From a virus (Duplodnaviria > Caudoviricetes): a stretch of 44,363 nt of DNA. Every line of letters begins with the position of its first letter. The first letter of the stretch is position 1. Made by a program: the position numbers and the translations under genes. This document shows, one piece after another, positions 9,125 through 18,426 of the stretch. The notes below the pieces were generated by a model, which saw only the letters and a list, made by a program, of their open reading frames with translations, had not been told where the DNA came from and made no database searches. The stretch covers positions 1 to 44,363 of IMG/VR virus record IMGVR_UViG_3300017589_000155; one strand, written 5' to 3'.

Positions 9125-9826
9125 ATGACGGAAATCGTTGAATATCTAAATTCCACAAACCCTGGCTTCGGTCAGGGTTTTAGAATTTTCTGTAAGTACT
9201 CACGCAACCAGTCGCTAATGTCATACATCGGACGTAAAAGTGATATGGAATTGCTCGTATATGAATTACAGAAGCTAGCTAATATGGGTATCCTTTCTGT
9301 CAATCCGAACTTCGAAGCACAACACATCCGATTTAACAAAGATGATGCTGGAGCATCCCCAATGGATGAAAGCCCAAAAGGAGAGGAAAGAGAAAGAGTC
9401 CATATAGTGGATGAGCGACATGTGAACAGAGGTGAACTCCCCGAAGAGCTGAAAAAGATTTACGATGAGATTACTGATGATTACAAGGTACAACGGAGCT
9501 TGCACGAGAAGATGAAACAGGCCAACAGCGACACAGGCCGTAAGGAGTTCAGGGATGAAGTGGTGAAGCTCCAGTTATCAATTACTGCAAAGTGGCAATT
9601 GATTGATGTGGCCCTTGCAAATAATACTCCCGTTGAAGTTAACCCGGTCGCTGGTGACAGGGTGCACGTGAGTTCACATAGGGCATACATAAGCAAGATG
9701 CTTGCAAAGCCAAAGCTGACTAAAGAACAGCTAGAGGCTGTGAAGAAAAAGGTAGAGGAGCTTCTCAACCTTGGAGAAACACTCAAACCGGAAACCTTGA
9801 AAAGGTTAAAAGAGAAAGGTTTTTAA
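9125..9826 (+). CDS. Hypothetical phage protein
   Basis: 233 aa, helical and charged. Confidence 0.7.
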   Translation: MTEIVEYLNSTNPGFGQGFRIFCKYSRNQSLMSYIGRKSDMELLVYELQKLANMGILSVNPNFEAQHIRFNKDDAGASPMDESPKGEERERVHIVDERHVNRGELPEELKKIYDEITDDYKVQRSLHEKMKQANSDTGRKEFRDEVVKLQLSITAKWQLIDVALANNTPVEVNPVAGDRVHVSSHRAYISKMLAKPKLTKEQLEAVKKKVEELLNLGETLKPETLKRLKEKGF

Positions 9827-9859
9827 CCATTTTCCTGACCCCGGGAACATGGTATTTCA

Positions 9860-9894
9860 GTCCTTTAATACCCGGCGCAAGTCGGGTATTTTTG
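9860..9894 (+). promoter_or_regulatory. Putative late promoter
   Basis: GTCCTTT-N20-TATTTTTG ending 4 nt before the ATG at 9899. Confidence 0.6.
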
Positions 9895-9898
9895 TTTT

Positions 9899-10363
9899 AT
9901 GGGAACTGATAAAATTACAATACCCTCAATACATATCGGTAAGATTGACTCATGGTCAATACTTGATGCGATGATGCAAAGAGCCAAAGAGCCATGCTCT
10001 GTGGTGATATGCTCATTTGCAATTGCCGAGGGCTGGATAAAAAGACTTTGGAAGCTCAAGGAAAAAGGGAGGATTAAAAAGATTACGGTAGTGCTGGACA
10101 GGGCTGTGATGATTCGTCACCGCTCGAAGATAATATTCATGGAGAGTGTAATCGATGAGATATACTTAAATGATACACACGCAAAGTTACTACTGGTTGA
10201 GAGCGCGGACTTCACAGCAGTTGCAGTAATGAGTGCAAACGCGACAATGAACTACCGAATAGAGGCCTTTTTCGTGACTGACAAGGCTGAATACATAAAT
10301 ACAATAAAGGAAGACTTACAACGGATATATGACAACTCAAAATCAGTTAAATCAAATCCTTGA
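9899..10363 (+). CDS. Phospholipase D (HKD)-like nuclease-fold protein
   Basis: ITVVLD...THAKLLLVE...MSANAT...IE matches the HxK...SxN..E PLD/Nuc pattern. Confidence 0.65.
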   Translation: MGTDKITIPSIHIGKIDSWSILDAMMQRAKEPCSVVICSFAIAEGWIKRLWKLKEKGRIKKITVVLDRAVMIRHRSKIIFMESVIDEIYLNDTHAKLLLVESADFTAVAVMSANATMNYRIEAFFVTDKAEYINTIKEDLQRIYDNSKSVKSNP

Positions 10364-10604
10364 ACTGGCAGGGTTATTCTTTACGCTGGAAGAGATATCC
10401 CTCCTGGTGGAAATAGATATATCAGAGCTTCGCCGAGAGGTAAACTTTGGCCATTCAGAAATGCACGACTATTACTGGAAAGGGAAACTGTCTGCCGTTA
10501 AAGCATTAAGGATTTCAACAAAAGAGTTCGCGGAGAAAGGCTCACCACAGGCAGAAGCTCAGATGATAGAGCACCTGAAACTAATGAACGAATCAGAAAA
10601 ATAA
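10329..10604 (+). CDS. Small HTH-like packaging-module protein
   Basis: 91 aa with FTLEEISLLVEIDISEL; upstream of the terminase genes. Confidence 0.55.
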   Translation: MTTQNQLNQILELAGLFFTLEEISLLVEIDISELRREVNFGHSEMHDYYWKGKLSAVKALRISTKEFAEKGSPQAEAQMIEHLKLMNESEK

Positions 10605-10609
10605 ATCAG

Positions 10610-11191
10610 ATGGCACGCCCCGACTCTTTAGAATTAATCACTCAGGCTCTCTTCGATGTAGAAAAGAAGAAAGCACTCTCAGGCTCTGACATTCAGCTGC
10701 TGGAGAGGGTCCGCGATGTTTACACCTTTTGGTTGGAAAAGCCAACACTCACAGATACCAATATCAGGGACTACCTGATGGTGAACTTCGCTGTTTCAAA
10801 AAGTCAGGCCTACAATGATATTGCAATGATAAAGGCAGTACTCGGGAGCGTTCCAACGGCTACAAAAGAGTTTTACAGGTACAAGGCAAATCATATCCTT
10901 GATCAGGCTCATGCCGCGGCAATGTCCGGCAATGATAACAAAGCCAAAGCTCTCACCAAGATAGCCGAAGCAATAGCCTATAACAACAGGACAAATGAAG
11001 ATGATGGAGAGAAGCTCCCATTCAACGAGATAGTTCCGAAAGACCTATCATTCACACTTGACCCTAGTGCCGCAGGCATTAAACCGGTTCCGGGGTTGCG
11101 TGAGAAATCGAAAAAGCTTTTCGATAAGTACAAAGATGAGATTGAACTAGACACAACAGCTTATGTCGAATTTGAAGAAGATATACTTTAA
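10610..11191 (+). CDS. Putative terminase small subunit
   Basis: HTH-like VSKSQAYNDI; overlaps the start of the large subunit. Confidence 0.55.
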   Translation: MARPDSLELITQALFDVEKKKALSGSDIQLLERVRDVYTFWLEKPTLTDTNIRDYLMVNFAVSKSQAYNDIAMIKAVLGSVPTATKEFYRYKANHILDQAHAAAMSGNDNKAKALTKIAEAIAYNNRTNEDDGEKLPFNEIVPKDLSFTLDPSAAGIKPVPGLREKSKKLFDKYKDEIELDTTAYVEFEEDIL

Positions 11192-12776
11192 CAGGGCACA
11201 ACAGGAAGCCATGTTGGTCGGGGCCAATACTGAAGTGGACATCTGGGGAAGAAGGACAGGGAAATCTCACGGGATAATAGCTCCCCGGCTGGTTCGTAAT
11301 GTGCAGATGATGCCCGGAAGTACAGGGGCTTTTGTTTCAGCAACCTTTAAGCAGGCGCACATGAGAACGCTCCCTGCAATGCTAATGGGATTATCCGAGA
11401 TGGGATACAAAAGAGATGTTCACTTTGTCATAGGGAAACGACCACCAAAGAAACTGGGCTTTTTGAGGCCTCTGGTGGAGCCGAATAACTTCGACGATGT
11501 TGTGTCGTGGTACAACGGATCGATTCAGGTAATCATCTCTCAGGACGTGAAGATGTCATCCAACTCGATGACGCTCGACTATGTGATAGGTGACGAGGCA
11601 AAGGGGCTGAACTTCGATAAACTCAAAGATGAAACATTCCCTGCTAATGGAGGGACACGGCGGTACTTTGGTGACTGTCCATGGCACCACGGTTACGTGT
11701 TCGTTTCAGATATGCCAGTCACAAAGTCCGGAAAGTGGCTCCTCAATTATCGGGAGAAAATGGACCCGGAAATAATTGAAACGATAAAAGGGTTAATGAG
11801 TGAATGGCACAGGCTCCAGACCCTGCCGGATTCAGAGTATAAGGCAAGGACAATCCGGGAAACAGAAAAGTACATTGCACAGTTGCGTTCGATAGCTGTA
11901 TATTATAGCGAATGCTCCACATTTGAGAATGTTGATATAGTGGGGCTGTCATACCTCAGGCAACAGAAAAGAGATTTGCCTCCCCTAATCTTTCAAACCT
12001 CCATAATGTCAAAGAGGGTTGAAAGGCTTAAAGATGGGTTTTACCCGAATTTCAATGACAAGGTTCATACATACATTGCCAATAACAATAAACCACTTAT
12101 CAATAACCTATACAAGTTCGACAATGAAATGGACTATGGGTGCCTGCTCGATGCAGACCTAGATACCAAGTCACCAATAACCGGGGCTTTCGATTACAAC
12201 TCAAATATAAACTGGCTGGTGGTAGGTCAGAGGGATGGATTAAAGTTCAAGGTTCTAAAGTCCTTTTATGTGAAGTACACAAGGAAACTAAGAGAGTTAA
12301 TTGATGACTTCTGTCACTATTACAGGCACCACCAGACGCGTGAGTTTGTTTACTATTACGACAATACTGCCCTAGGTTCAAATTACGCTGTCAATAACGA
12401 TGACTTTGCCTCGGTTATATGTGATCAGCTGGTCAAAAACGGATGGAAAGTGACAAAGATGCATATCGGGAATCCAATGAAGCATCACGAGAAGTTCAAC
12501 ATCCTGAATGAATGTTTCACAGGGGCAAAACACTTGCTGCCTATTCTCAACAGAGAGAACAACGAAGCATTGATAATATCAATATCCCTGGCAGAAGTTG
12601 TAATATCCTCAAGAGGATTTCAGAAGTTCAAAGGTGGGGAGAAGTTAGCAGAGAGTGAGGACGACCCACTCGAATACCGAACAGATGGTTCAGACGCTTT
12701 CGATACATTAGTGTTGGGGAACTGCCTGTATCCTTACAGAACCGGAGGGTTCGGAATAGGCTCGTCACTCACATAG
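11163..12776 (+). CDS. Terminase large subunit
   Basis: Q motif (RAQQEA), Walker A GRRTGKS, Walker B IGDEA, C-terminal RNase H-like acidic motifs (AFDYN, DGSDAFD). Confidence 0.9.
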   Translation: MSNLKKIYFNRAQQEAMLVGANTEVDIWGRRTGKSHGIIAPRLVRNVQMMPGSTGAFVSATFKQAHMRTLPAMLMGLSEMGYKRDVHFVIGKRPPKKLGFLRPLVEPNNFDDVVSWYNGSIQVIISQDVKMSSNSMTLDYVIGDEAKGLNFDKLKDETFPANGGTRRYFGDCPWHHGYVFVSDMPVTKSGKWLLNYREKMDPEIIETIKGLMSEWHRLQTLPDSEYKARTIRETEKYIAQLRSIAVYYSECSTFENVDIVGLSYLRQQKRDLPPLIFQTSIMSKRVERLKDGFYPNFNDKVHTYIANNNKPLINNLYKFDNEMDYGCLLDADLDTKSPITGAFDYNSNINWLVVGQRDGLKFKVLKSFYVKYTRKLRELIDDFCHYYRHHQTREFVYYYDNTALGSNYAVNNDDFASVICDQLVKNGWKVTKMHIGNPMKHHEKFNILNECFTGAKHLLPILNRENNEALIISISLAEVVISSRGFQKFKGGEKLAESEDDPLEYRTDGSDAFDTLVLGNCLYPYRTGGFGIGSSLT

Positions 12777-12802
12777 TTTGGTATCACAAGGATACACAAA
12801 TC

Positions 12803-12824
12803 AAGGGGCTTTTGCCCTTTTTTT
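12803..12824 (+). terminator. Intrinsic terminator after terL
   Basis: AAGGGGC-tttt-GCCCTTTT followed by a T run. Confidence 0.6.
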
Positions 12825-13010
12825 GTTGTGATGGGGTTCAGAACGGAGAGTTCGGGCATATATCGTAAATTATTTGAGGGTGCAATTGCCATTTTTCGAC
12901 AGGGCGGTGCAGGGTATACACTCCCAACAAAACAGCTGAAGCTATTTTTTTGGATTTCGTTTTTTGATTTTCACGCGGATGGGATTTCCAAGATTGGAAA
13001 CCGCTGTTCT

Positions 13011-13118
13011 CCCGAAGGGGCTTCTTTCTGATGTCAGCAGAAAGAAACAAAGACTGAGTGGAGTACAGAACACTGCCCGTGAGGGCTTCTTTCTGACGAG
13101 CCAGAGAAGAAGCAAAGA
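13011..13118. repeat. Two tandem palindromic repeat units
   Basis: GGGCTTCTTTCTGA...CAGA(A/GA)AGAA(A/G)CAAAGA at 13011-13053 and 13075-13118, each preceded by a small GC hairpin. Confidence 0.65.
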
Positions 13119-13257
13119 GCGAAAGATAAACTTATGTTTCAGGCAGATATAAACCATTTTCGTTTAATCTTCAAATAATTTTGTTTAATTTTATGAAGCT
13201 AAAAAATGCGTCTCACTAATACTTGCTTAAGAGAAAAATAACAAAATAATCTAACAA

Positions 13258-15012
13258 ATGATGAATATTATACCAACACCTCCTTCTTTCCTGTTTTGTT
13301 ACTGGAAACCATGGGAAGAAGATTCAAGTTCTTTTGAAAGTTATTTGGAATATAAAAAAGACACAACTTTAAGTAAATATCAATCTGATTTTGTAGGTCA
13401 GTATGTAAAACAAGCTTCTCGTGAGCAAGTTATGGCTATTGGTGAAGTCGGGAAACAACTTGGTTTGGCTTTGACTGAGCAAGGTAAAATAATAAGTGAA
13501 AAATTTGATTTAGGTGTTAAAGTTTTGTCTCATAAACTTTCAAATATCAATGTGAACCTTTTATTTATTAACGACAATTTATCATTATTAATAGATCAAC
13601 AAAAAATTTCAAATCTCTTGCTTGAAAACATATGCGAATTATTGAGAGTTCCTGATAGTGAAAAAGAAAGACAACACAGCATAGAACTTGGTCTTAAGTT
13701 TTTTGTTCACGCTCAAAATGATGAAGATATGTTTGATGATGCTTTAGAAGAATTACTTAAAGCAGAAAGATTAATGAGGCAAGATTATTTCGTTTTACAC
13801 AGGATCGGACTTATTTATTTAAATTCAAAAGCACACTTTAATCCCGCTAATGCGTTGGAATATTTTACAAGAGCTGCAAAATATGCAAGTGTAGAAAGTG
13901 ATCCTAAAGCATCAATACTTGCAAACGCATTAACTAAGCTTGGGAATCCAGTTAATTTTGAAATAAATAACAATGGAAACACTATTGCTTCACTTGCAAG
14001 CGATTCTTATAATAAAGCAGCATTTGTGAACTATGTCTTGGGTGATTTTACTTCTGCGACATTGCTTCAAAACAAAGCTGTGAAATTTAACGAGAGTAGT
14101 GAAAATTATTTTATGCTGGCAAAATATCAAGCACGATGTAAACAACTTGATTTATGTATTCAAAATCTCTGCAAATGTTTAGATAAAACACCTGAGATGC
14201 TAATAGCCGTTTTCAAGGATATTGACTTAATAAATGAGTCAGAAGTATTGAAGGTTGTTGAGGAGTATGTTATAGTTAATAAAGAAAAAGATACTCTACT
14301 TAATGAAAATATTCATCAATTAATTGAAAAATTAAAAAACAACCAAACATTTGTAGTTAAAACCCTCATAAGTAATCTTTATGAATCTACAGATTTTGAA
14401 TATAGCAGAAAATTGAATTTATACAATTCATCAAAAGTTGCTGATATTGAAAATTGGTCACTTAATAACTTAGATGTTTGTCACTTCAGAAATGGGGACA
14501 TAATTCCTGAAGCACGTACTAATCAGGAGTGGCTTAAAGCAGAAAAATATAAACAACCTGCTTGGTGTCATTATAATAACGATCCTAAATTTGGCAATAA
14601 ATTTGGCAAACTATATAATTGGTATGCTATAAACGATCATAGGTGTTTAGCTCCTGATGGATGGCATATTCCAAGTTTAGATGAGTGGAATTTATTAAAA
14701 AAAATACTTGATTGGGAATTAGAAGTAATAGGTAGAATGAAAAACAAAGGAAGTCAAAGTGAATTATATCTAAGCAAAATAAGTGGATTAAAGGCGTATC
14801 AGACAAGGTCTCGTATAGGGAAGCATCAGGAATCTACTCCTGGAGAATTCTATACAATTTCTAAAGATTTTCCTGAAAACACATGGTGGAGTGCCACCGA
14901 AAAAAACTATGATTCTGCTTATTATTTTAATATCGATTATAAATATAAAAGAATCTTATTGGGAGAAATCGATAAAGGATCTGGCATTCAAGTTCTTTTA
15001 GTTAGAGATTAA
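13258..15012 (+). CDS. TPR-like repeat protein with C-terminal FISUMP (Fibrobacter succinogenes major paralogous) domain
   Basis: TPR-like helices (ALEYFTRA, NYFMLAKY), then NLDV.HFRNGD.IP...PAWCHY...GKLYNWYA...LAPDGWHIPS.DEW. Confidence 0.8.
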   Translation: MMNIIPTPPSFLFCYWKPWEEDSSSFESYLEYKKDTTLSKYQSDFVGQYVKQASREQVMAIGEVGKQLGLALTEQGKIISEKFDLGVKVLSHKLSNINVNLLFINDNLSLLIDQQKISNLLLENICELLRVPDSEKERQHSIELGLKFFVHAQNDEDMFDDALEELLKAERLMRQDYFVLHRIGLIYLNSKAHFNPANALEYFTRAAKYASVESDPKASILANALTKLGNPVNFEINNNGNTIASLASDSYNKAAFVNYVLGDFTSATLLQNKAVKFNESSENYFMLAKYQARCKQLDLCIQNLCKCLDKTPEMLIAVFKDIDLINESEVLKVVEEYVIVNKEKDTLLNENIHQLIEKLKNNQTFVVKTLISNLYESTDFEYSRKLNLYNSSKVADIENWSLNNLDVCHFRNGDIIPEARTNQEWLKAEKYKQPAWCHYNNDPKFGNKFGKLYNWYAINDHRCLAPDGWHIPSLDEWNLLKKILDWELEVIGRMKNKGSQSELYLSKISGLKAYQTRSRIGKHQESTPGEFYTISKDFPENTWWSATEKNYDSAYYFNIDYKYKRILLGEIDKGSGIQVLLVRD

Positions 15013-15026
15013 TAATTTATTATATA

Positions 15027-15272
15027 ATGGCAAAGAAACATTTCATGATTTATTACAAAAAGGGTACTGGAAGTTATGTCATTTCTGAACCTAGACCATG
15101 GGCACGTGAAAATCAACATTATTTTCCTCATTACAGTTTCTTAGGTAACAATCATCCGACTACAGAAGTCGTTGAAGAATTGTTGATAAATACTAAGGGG
15201 TTTAAAAGAGGATTTTTTAATTATCCAACAGTTGAAGTAATTTATAATTTAGATCCAAATATTGATTTGTAA
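15027..15272 (+). CDS. Hypothetical protein
   Basis: 81-aa ATG ORF 14 nt after the previous stop. Confidence 0.7.
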   Translation: MAKKHFMIYYKKGTGSYVISEPRPWARENQHYFPHYSFLGNNHPTTEVVEELLINTKGFKRGFFNYPTVEVIYNLDPNIDL

Positions 15273-15493
15273 CATTATTTGTGCAGACCCACACATCCTG
15301 TTGAGATGAGGAAAGAACAAATCCTGGTTTCTCTATTAAGTTTTATTTATGTAACTATGATAATAAAAATATCTCCTTTATTTACTTTGGTGGATTTATT
15401 TTCATAGAATTGAAAATCATTTAAGCCCCAGAAATAGGGCCTATTCATGCTCTTTTATTAGTTTCGTTAGTAGATCCTCGTAAGCTAGACCTA

Positions 15494-15673
15494 TCACTCT
15501 CTAGATTCGATAGCTTGTTTCAATCCATCAATGACCAACTGGGGAGAGAAGCCGACTGATTCAGCCAAGTTAGAGAATGATTCAATAAATTCGATAGCAG
15601 AGCAGTCTTCCGGGAGTTCTGCAGTGTGAGTAATGTTGTTTGCTTTTACTGAGAGAGAAATTCTTTGTTCCAT
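15494..15673 (-). CDS. Small hypothetical protein (59 aa), absent from the ORF track
   Basis: Hand translation: MEQRISLSVKANNITHTAELPEDCSAIEFIESFSNLAESVGFSPQLVIDGLKQAIESRE*, with an AT-rich leader. Confidence 0.6.
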   Translation of the reverse strand: MEQRISLSVKANNITHTAELPEDCSAIEFIESFSNLAESVGFSPQLVIDGLKQAIESRE

Positions 15674-15893
15674 GTATATTTAATTGAAGATGAATAAATA
15701 AATATATTTATTGTTGATAAATTATTTAAATATCTTTATATAATAATTCGTTTAATTAAGTAATATGATTGCAATTCTAGCATGTATTGCGGTATTTCTT
15801 TGGTTTTTGAAAGATATTTTAAATAAAGATAGGTTTATTAAGGAGATACATCCTCAATGAAACATTGATTTACACCCTAATATTTAATAATCT

Positions 15894-16178
15894 ATGAAAC
15901 TTGAAAAAGAACAGCTTGAAAAGATTCTAAAAAGATTGAATCAAATTAGTAACCCACCACGACCATGTAATGTCTGTGGAAATTCACAATGGAATGTTGT
16001 TGACACTGTATTTGAAGTTAGAGAATTTCATGAAGGAAATGTTGTTATAGGTGGTGATTCTAAGATAATCCCAATTATTACAATGTCTTGTTCAACCTGT
16101 GGAAATACAGTTTTCTTAAATGCTATACTGATGGGAATTATCGTTCCTAACGATCCAAAACAAAATATTGAAAAGTGA
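15894..16178 (+). CDS. Zinc-ribbon protein
   Basis: Two CxxC pairs (CNVCG, CSTCG); coupled to the next ORF. Confidence 0.75.
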   Translation: MKLEKEQLEKILKRLNQISNPPRPCNVCGNSQWNVVDTVFEVREFHEGNVVIGGDSKIIPIITMSCSTCGNTVFLNAILMGIIVPNDPKQNIEK

Positions 16179-16576
16179 CGATTATGGACGAAATTAAAAT
16201 TACACAAGGCTATTTAGTCTATAATGTTAAAGAGGAATGTATCTTTCCAATCAAAGAATCTGAATGGTTGCGTCTTAAACGGATGATTAAAAGTATCAAA
16301 CCCCATAAAAAAATATTTCAACTGATTTCATCAAATTTATGGGGCGTTTGTATATCTGCAGTTTTTTCTATTATTGCTTTTCATTCTGCGGAAAAACTAG
16401 ATGGATGGGTTTTACCTACAATATGGTCAATTTTTTCTGTATCATTAATTTTAGCGATTTGCCTTTTGATTTTAGATACTCAACAAAATAAAATAATTAA
16501 TTTCTCTACTGAATCTATTTTAGGAGAGATGGATTTAATTGAAAAATCGTTAGAATTACCGTCAGAAAAAGAATAA
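16175..16576 (+). CDS. Two-transmembrane-helix protein
   Basis: Hydrophobic segments LWGVCISAVFSIIAF and WVLPTIWSIFSVSLILAICLLIL. Confidence 0.75.
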   Translation: MTIMDEIKITQGYLVYNVKEECIFPIKESEWLRLKRMIKSIKPHKKIFQLISSNLWGVCISAVFSIIAFHSAEKLDGWVLPTIWSIFSVSLILAICLLILDTQQNKIINFSTESILGEMDLIEKSLELPSEKE

Positions 16577-16601
16577 TCACCAACTACTAAAACGGAATAA
16601 T

Positions 16602-17489
16602 ATGTTTGTTAATGCAATTGAGAAAGCAGCTAAATATACAAGGCCAATTCACACTATTTCTAAGTCATATAAGAGTAATGATGTAACCCCTGGAGCGGCA
16701 ACCCTCTTTTTTATAAACGATGAAGGATATGCCGTTACTTGTAGGCATGTTATTGAATTATTAGTTCAATCAGAAAATATTTCTAAAAATTATTCCGAGT
16801 TCAAGGCCGAAAGAGATAAATTACCGAAAACTGGTAGATTTAAACAACAACTTGAAAGATTGAAAATTAAATATAATATTTCGGACACTTCAACAGTCCA
16901 ATTAAGAAATTCATTTATTGGTTGCGTTGATAAAATGTCTGGATTTACATGGCATATTCATCCGAAATACGACCTTGCTATATTAAAGTTTAATGATTTT
17001 ACAAATTTGCTTTGTTCAGAATTTCCCGTTTTCAAGAAAAACAGTTCCGATATTCAGCAAGGAAAATTTTTGTGTAGACTTGGTTTTCCATTTTCAGAAT
17101 TTAATAATTTCCACTATAATGATAAAATTGATGAAATAGAATGGTCAGCAATAGGAAATAGTAACTCTCCAAGATTTCCAATTGAAGGAATGGTTACCCG
17201 ATTTTTAGCTGATGAAAAAGGTGATAAGTACGGAATTGAATTGAGTTCTCCAGGATTACGAGGGCAAAGTGGTGGCCCTCTATTTGATAAAGATGGCTTA
17301 GTCTGTGGAATGCAAAGTCAGACGATATCCCTACACCTTGGATTCGATATAGAAAATAAAGAAGTAATAGTAAAAGGCCAAAAGAAAAAAATAAATGATT
17401 ATTCTTTTATTAATTTGGGAGTATGTATTCATATGGATGTAATTAAGGATTTTTTAAAACAGTATGACGTAAAATTTAGTGAACAATAA
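16602..17489 (+). CDS. Trypsin-like serine protease
   Basis: Catalytic triad motifs VTCRHV, YDLAIL and GQSGGP; no signal peptide. Confidence 0.88.
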   Translation: MFVNAIEKAAKYTRPIHTISKSYKSNDVTPGAATLFFINDEGYAVTCRHVIELLVQSENISKNYSEFKAERDKLPKTGRFKQQLERLKIKYNISDTSTVQLRNSFIGCVDKMSGFTWHIHPKYDLAILKFNDFTNLLCSEFPVFKKNSSDIQQGKFLCRLGFPFSEFNNFHYNDKIDEIEWSAIGNSNSPRFPIEGMVTRFLADEKGDKYGIELSSPGLRGQSGGPLFDKDGLVCGMQSQTISLHLGFDIENKEVIVKGQKKKINDYSFINLGVCIHMDVIKDFLKQYDVKFSEQ

Positions 17490-17526
17490 TCACTGTAATA
17501 ATCTTTAAATCAAACCAAAAAAGCTA

Positions 17527-18348
17527 ATGAATAAAGAATCGCCATATTTTTATGTTGAAAAAGAATCCACGCTTTCTTCTATAAAAGAATTGCTTGAATT
17601 AAACAAAAAGAGAGTTTATTGTGAGATTGGCAAAGAATATAATAATAATAATAATGGTAATTCTAAATTAATAAATTCTAGTTGTATCTGTACAGGTTCA
17701 CATGAAACTTGCGGAATATTCAGAGGTCAAGCTCAGGATTGGCCTTTAATACCATCTTCATATAGAAAAATCAATGATATTCCGAAGGTCGAATTATCTG
17801 ACTTTCAAAAAACACTAAACTATTTTTCATGTAATAGGCAATTAACTGAATTTTGCAAGTTTGCCTCAGAACAGAATAATAAATTCCCAAAATCAAAAGT
17901 TGAACAAATGTTTATTGCTCAGCATTACGGAATAAACACTCCTCTTCTTGATTGGACAACAAACATTTTTGTTGCCGCTTATTTTGCATTAGATTTAAGA
18001 GATGACGATGACAAGATAGTTGCTGAGCCTTTCGTTTTTCATTTAAAGGATGAGCGACATCTTCATCTTAAACTCGAAACTGAAGAAAATATTGCATCTG
18101 TAAAATATTCTGCTTTAGTTAATCCGGTGCCATTAGATAGAAGGATAGAACGGCAGTTTAGTGTTTTTTCATTTCATCCACATCCGGCACTAGAACCTCA
18201 AAAAATTCCTATCGACAAATATACGATTTCAGAAGATTTGTATTTTGATCTTTGGGAAATTATGGATGGGCTTGGATATTCGTCATCACATTTTTTTCCT
18301 GATTATGCCGGTTTAGCAGACCGAGTTAAACAACATTATATGATTTAG
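17527..18348 (+). CDS. FRG-domain protein
   Basis: IFRGQ...W.LIPS..R, AQHYGINTPLLDWT.N..VA.YFA, RIERQ.SVF, FPDY.G. Confidence 0.9.
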   Translation: MNKESPYFYVEKESTLSSIKELLELNKKRVYCEIGKEYNNNNNGNSKLINSSCICTGSHETCGIFRGQAQDWPLIPSSYRKINDIPKVELSDFQKTLNYFSCNRQLTEFCKFASEQNNKFPKSKVEQMFIAQHYGINTPLLDWTTNIFVAAYFALDLRDDDDKIVAEPFVFHLKDERHLHLKLETEENIASVKYSALVNPVPLDRRIERQFSVFSFHPHPALEPQKIPIDKYTISEDLYFDLWEIMDGLGYSSSHFFPDYAGLADRVKQHYMI

Positions 18349-18426
18349 AAAAATTAATGTATACAATAAATTGCTATTACATTTCAGAAATTATAAAACA
18401 CATTGTAATTAATATCTAGTAAGATA

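Noticed and set aside
12828-13157. Four overlapping short ORFs after terL
   Set aside because: Mutually overlapping, built on palindromic repeats, weak starts.
17641-17655. (AAT)5 microsatellite in the FRG gene
   Set aside because: In-frame triplet repeat in AT-rich DNA; length change would not switch the gene.
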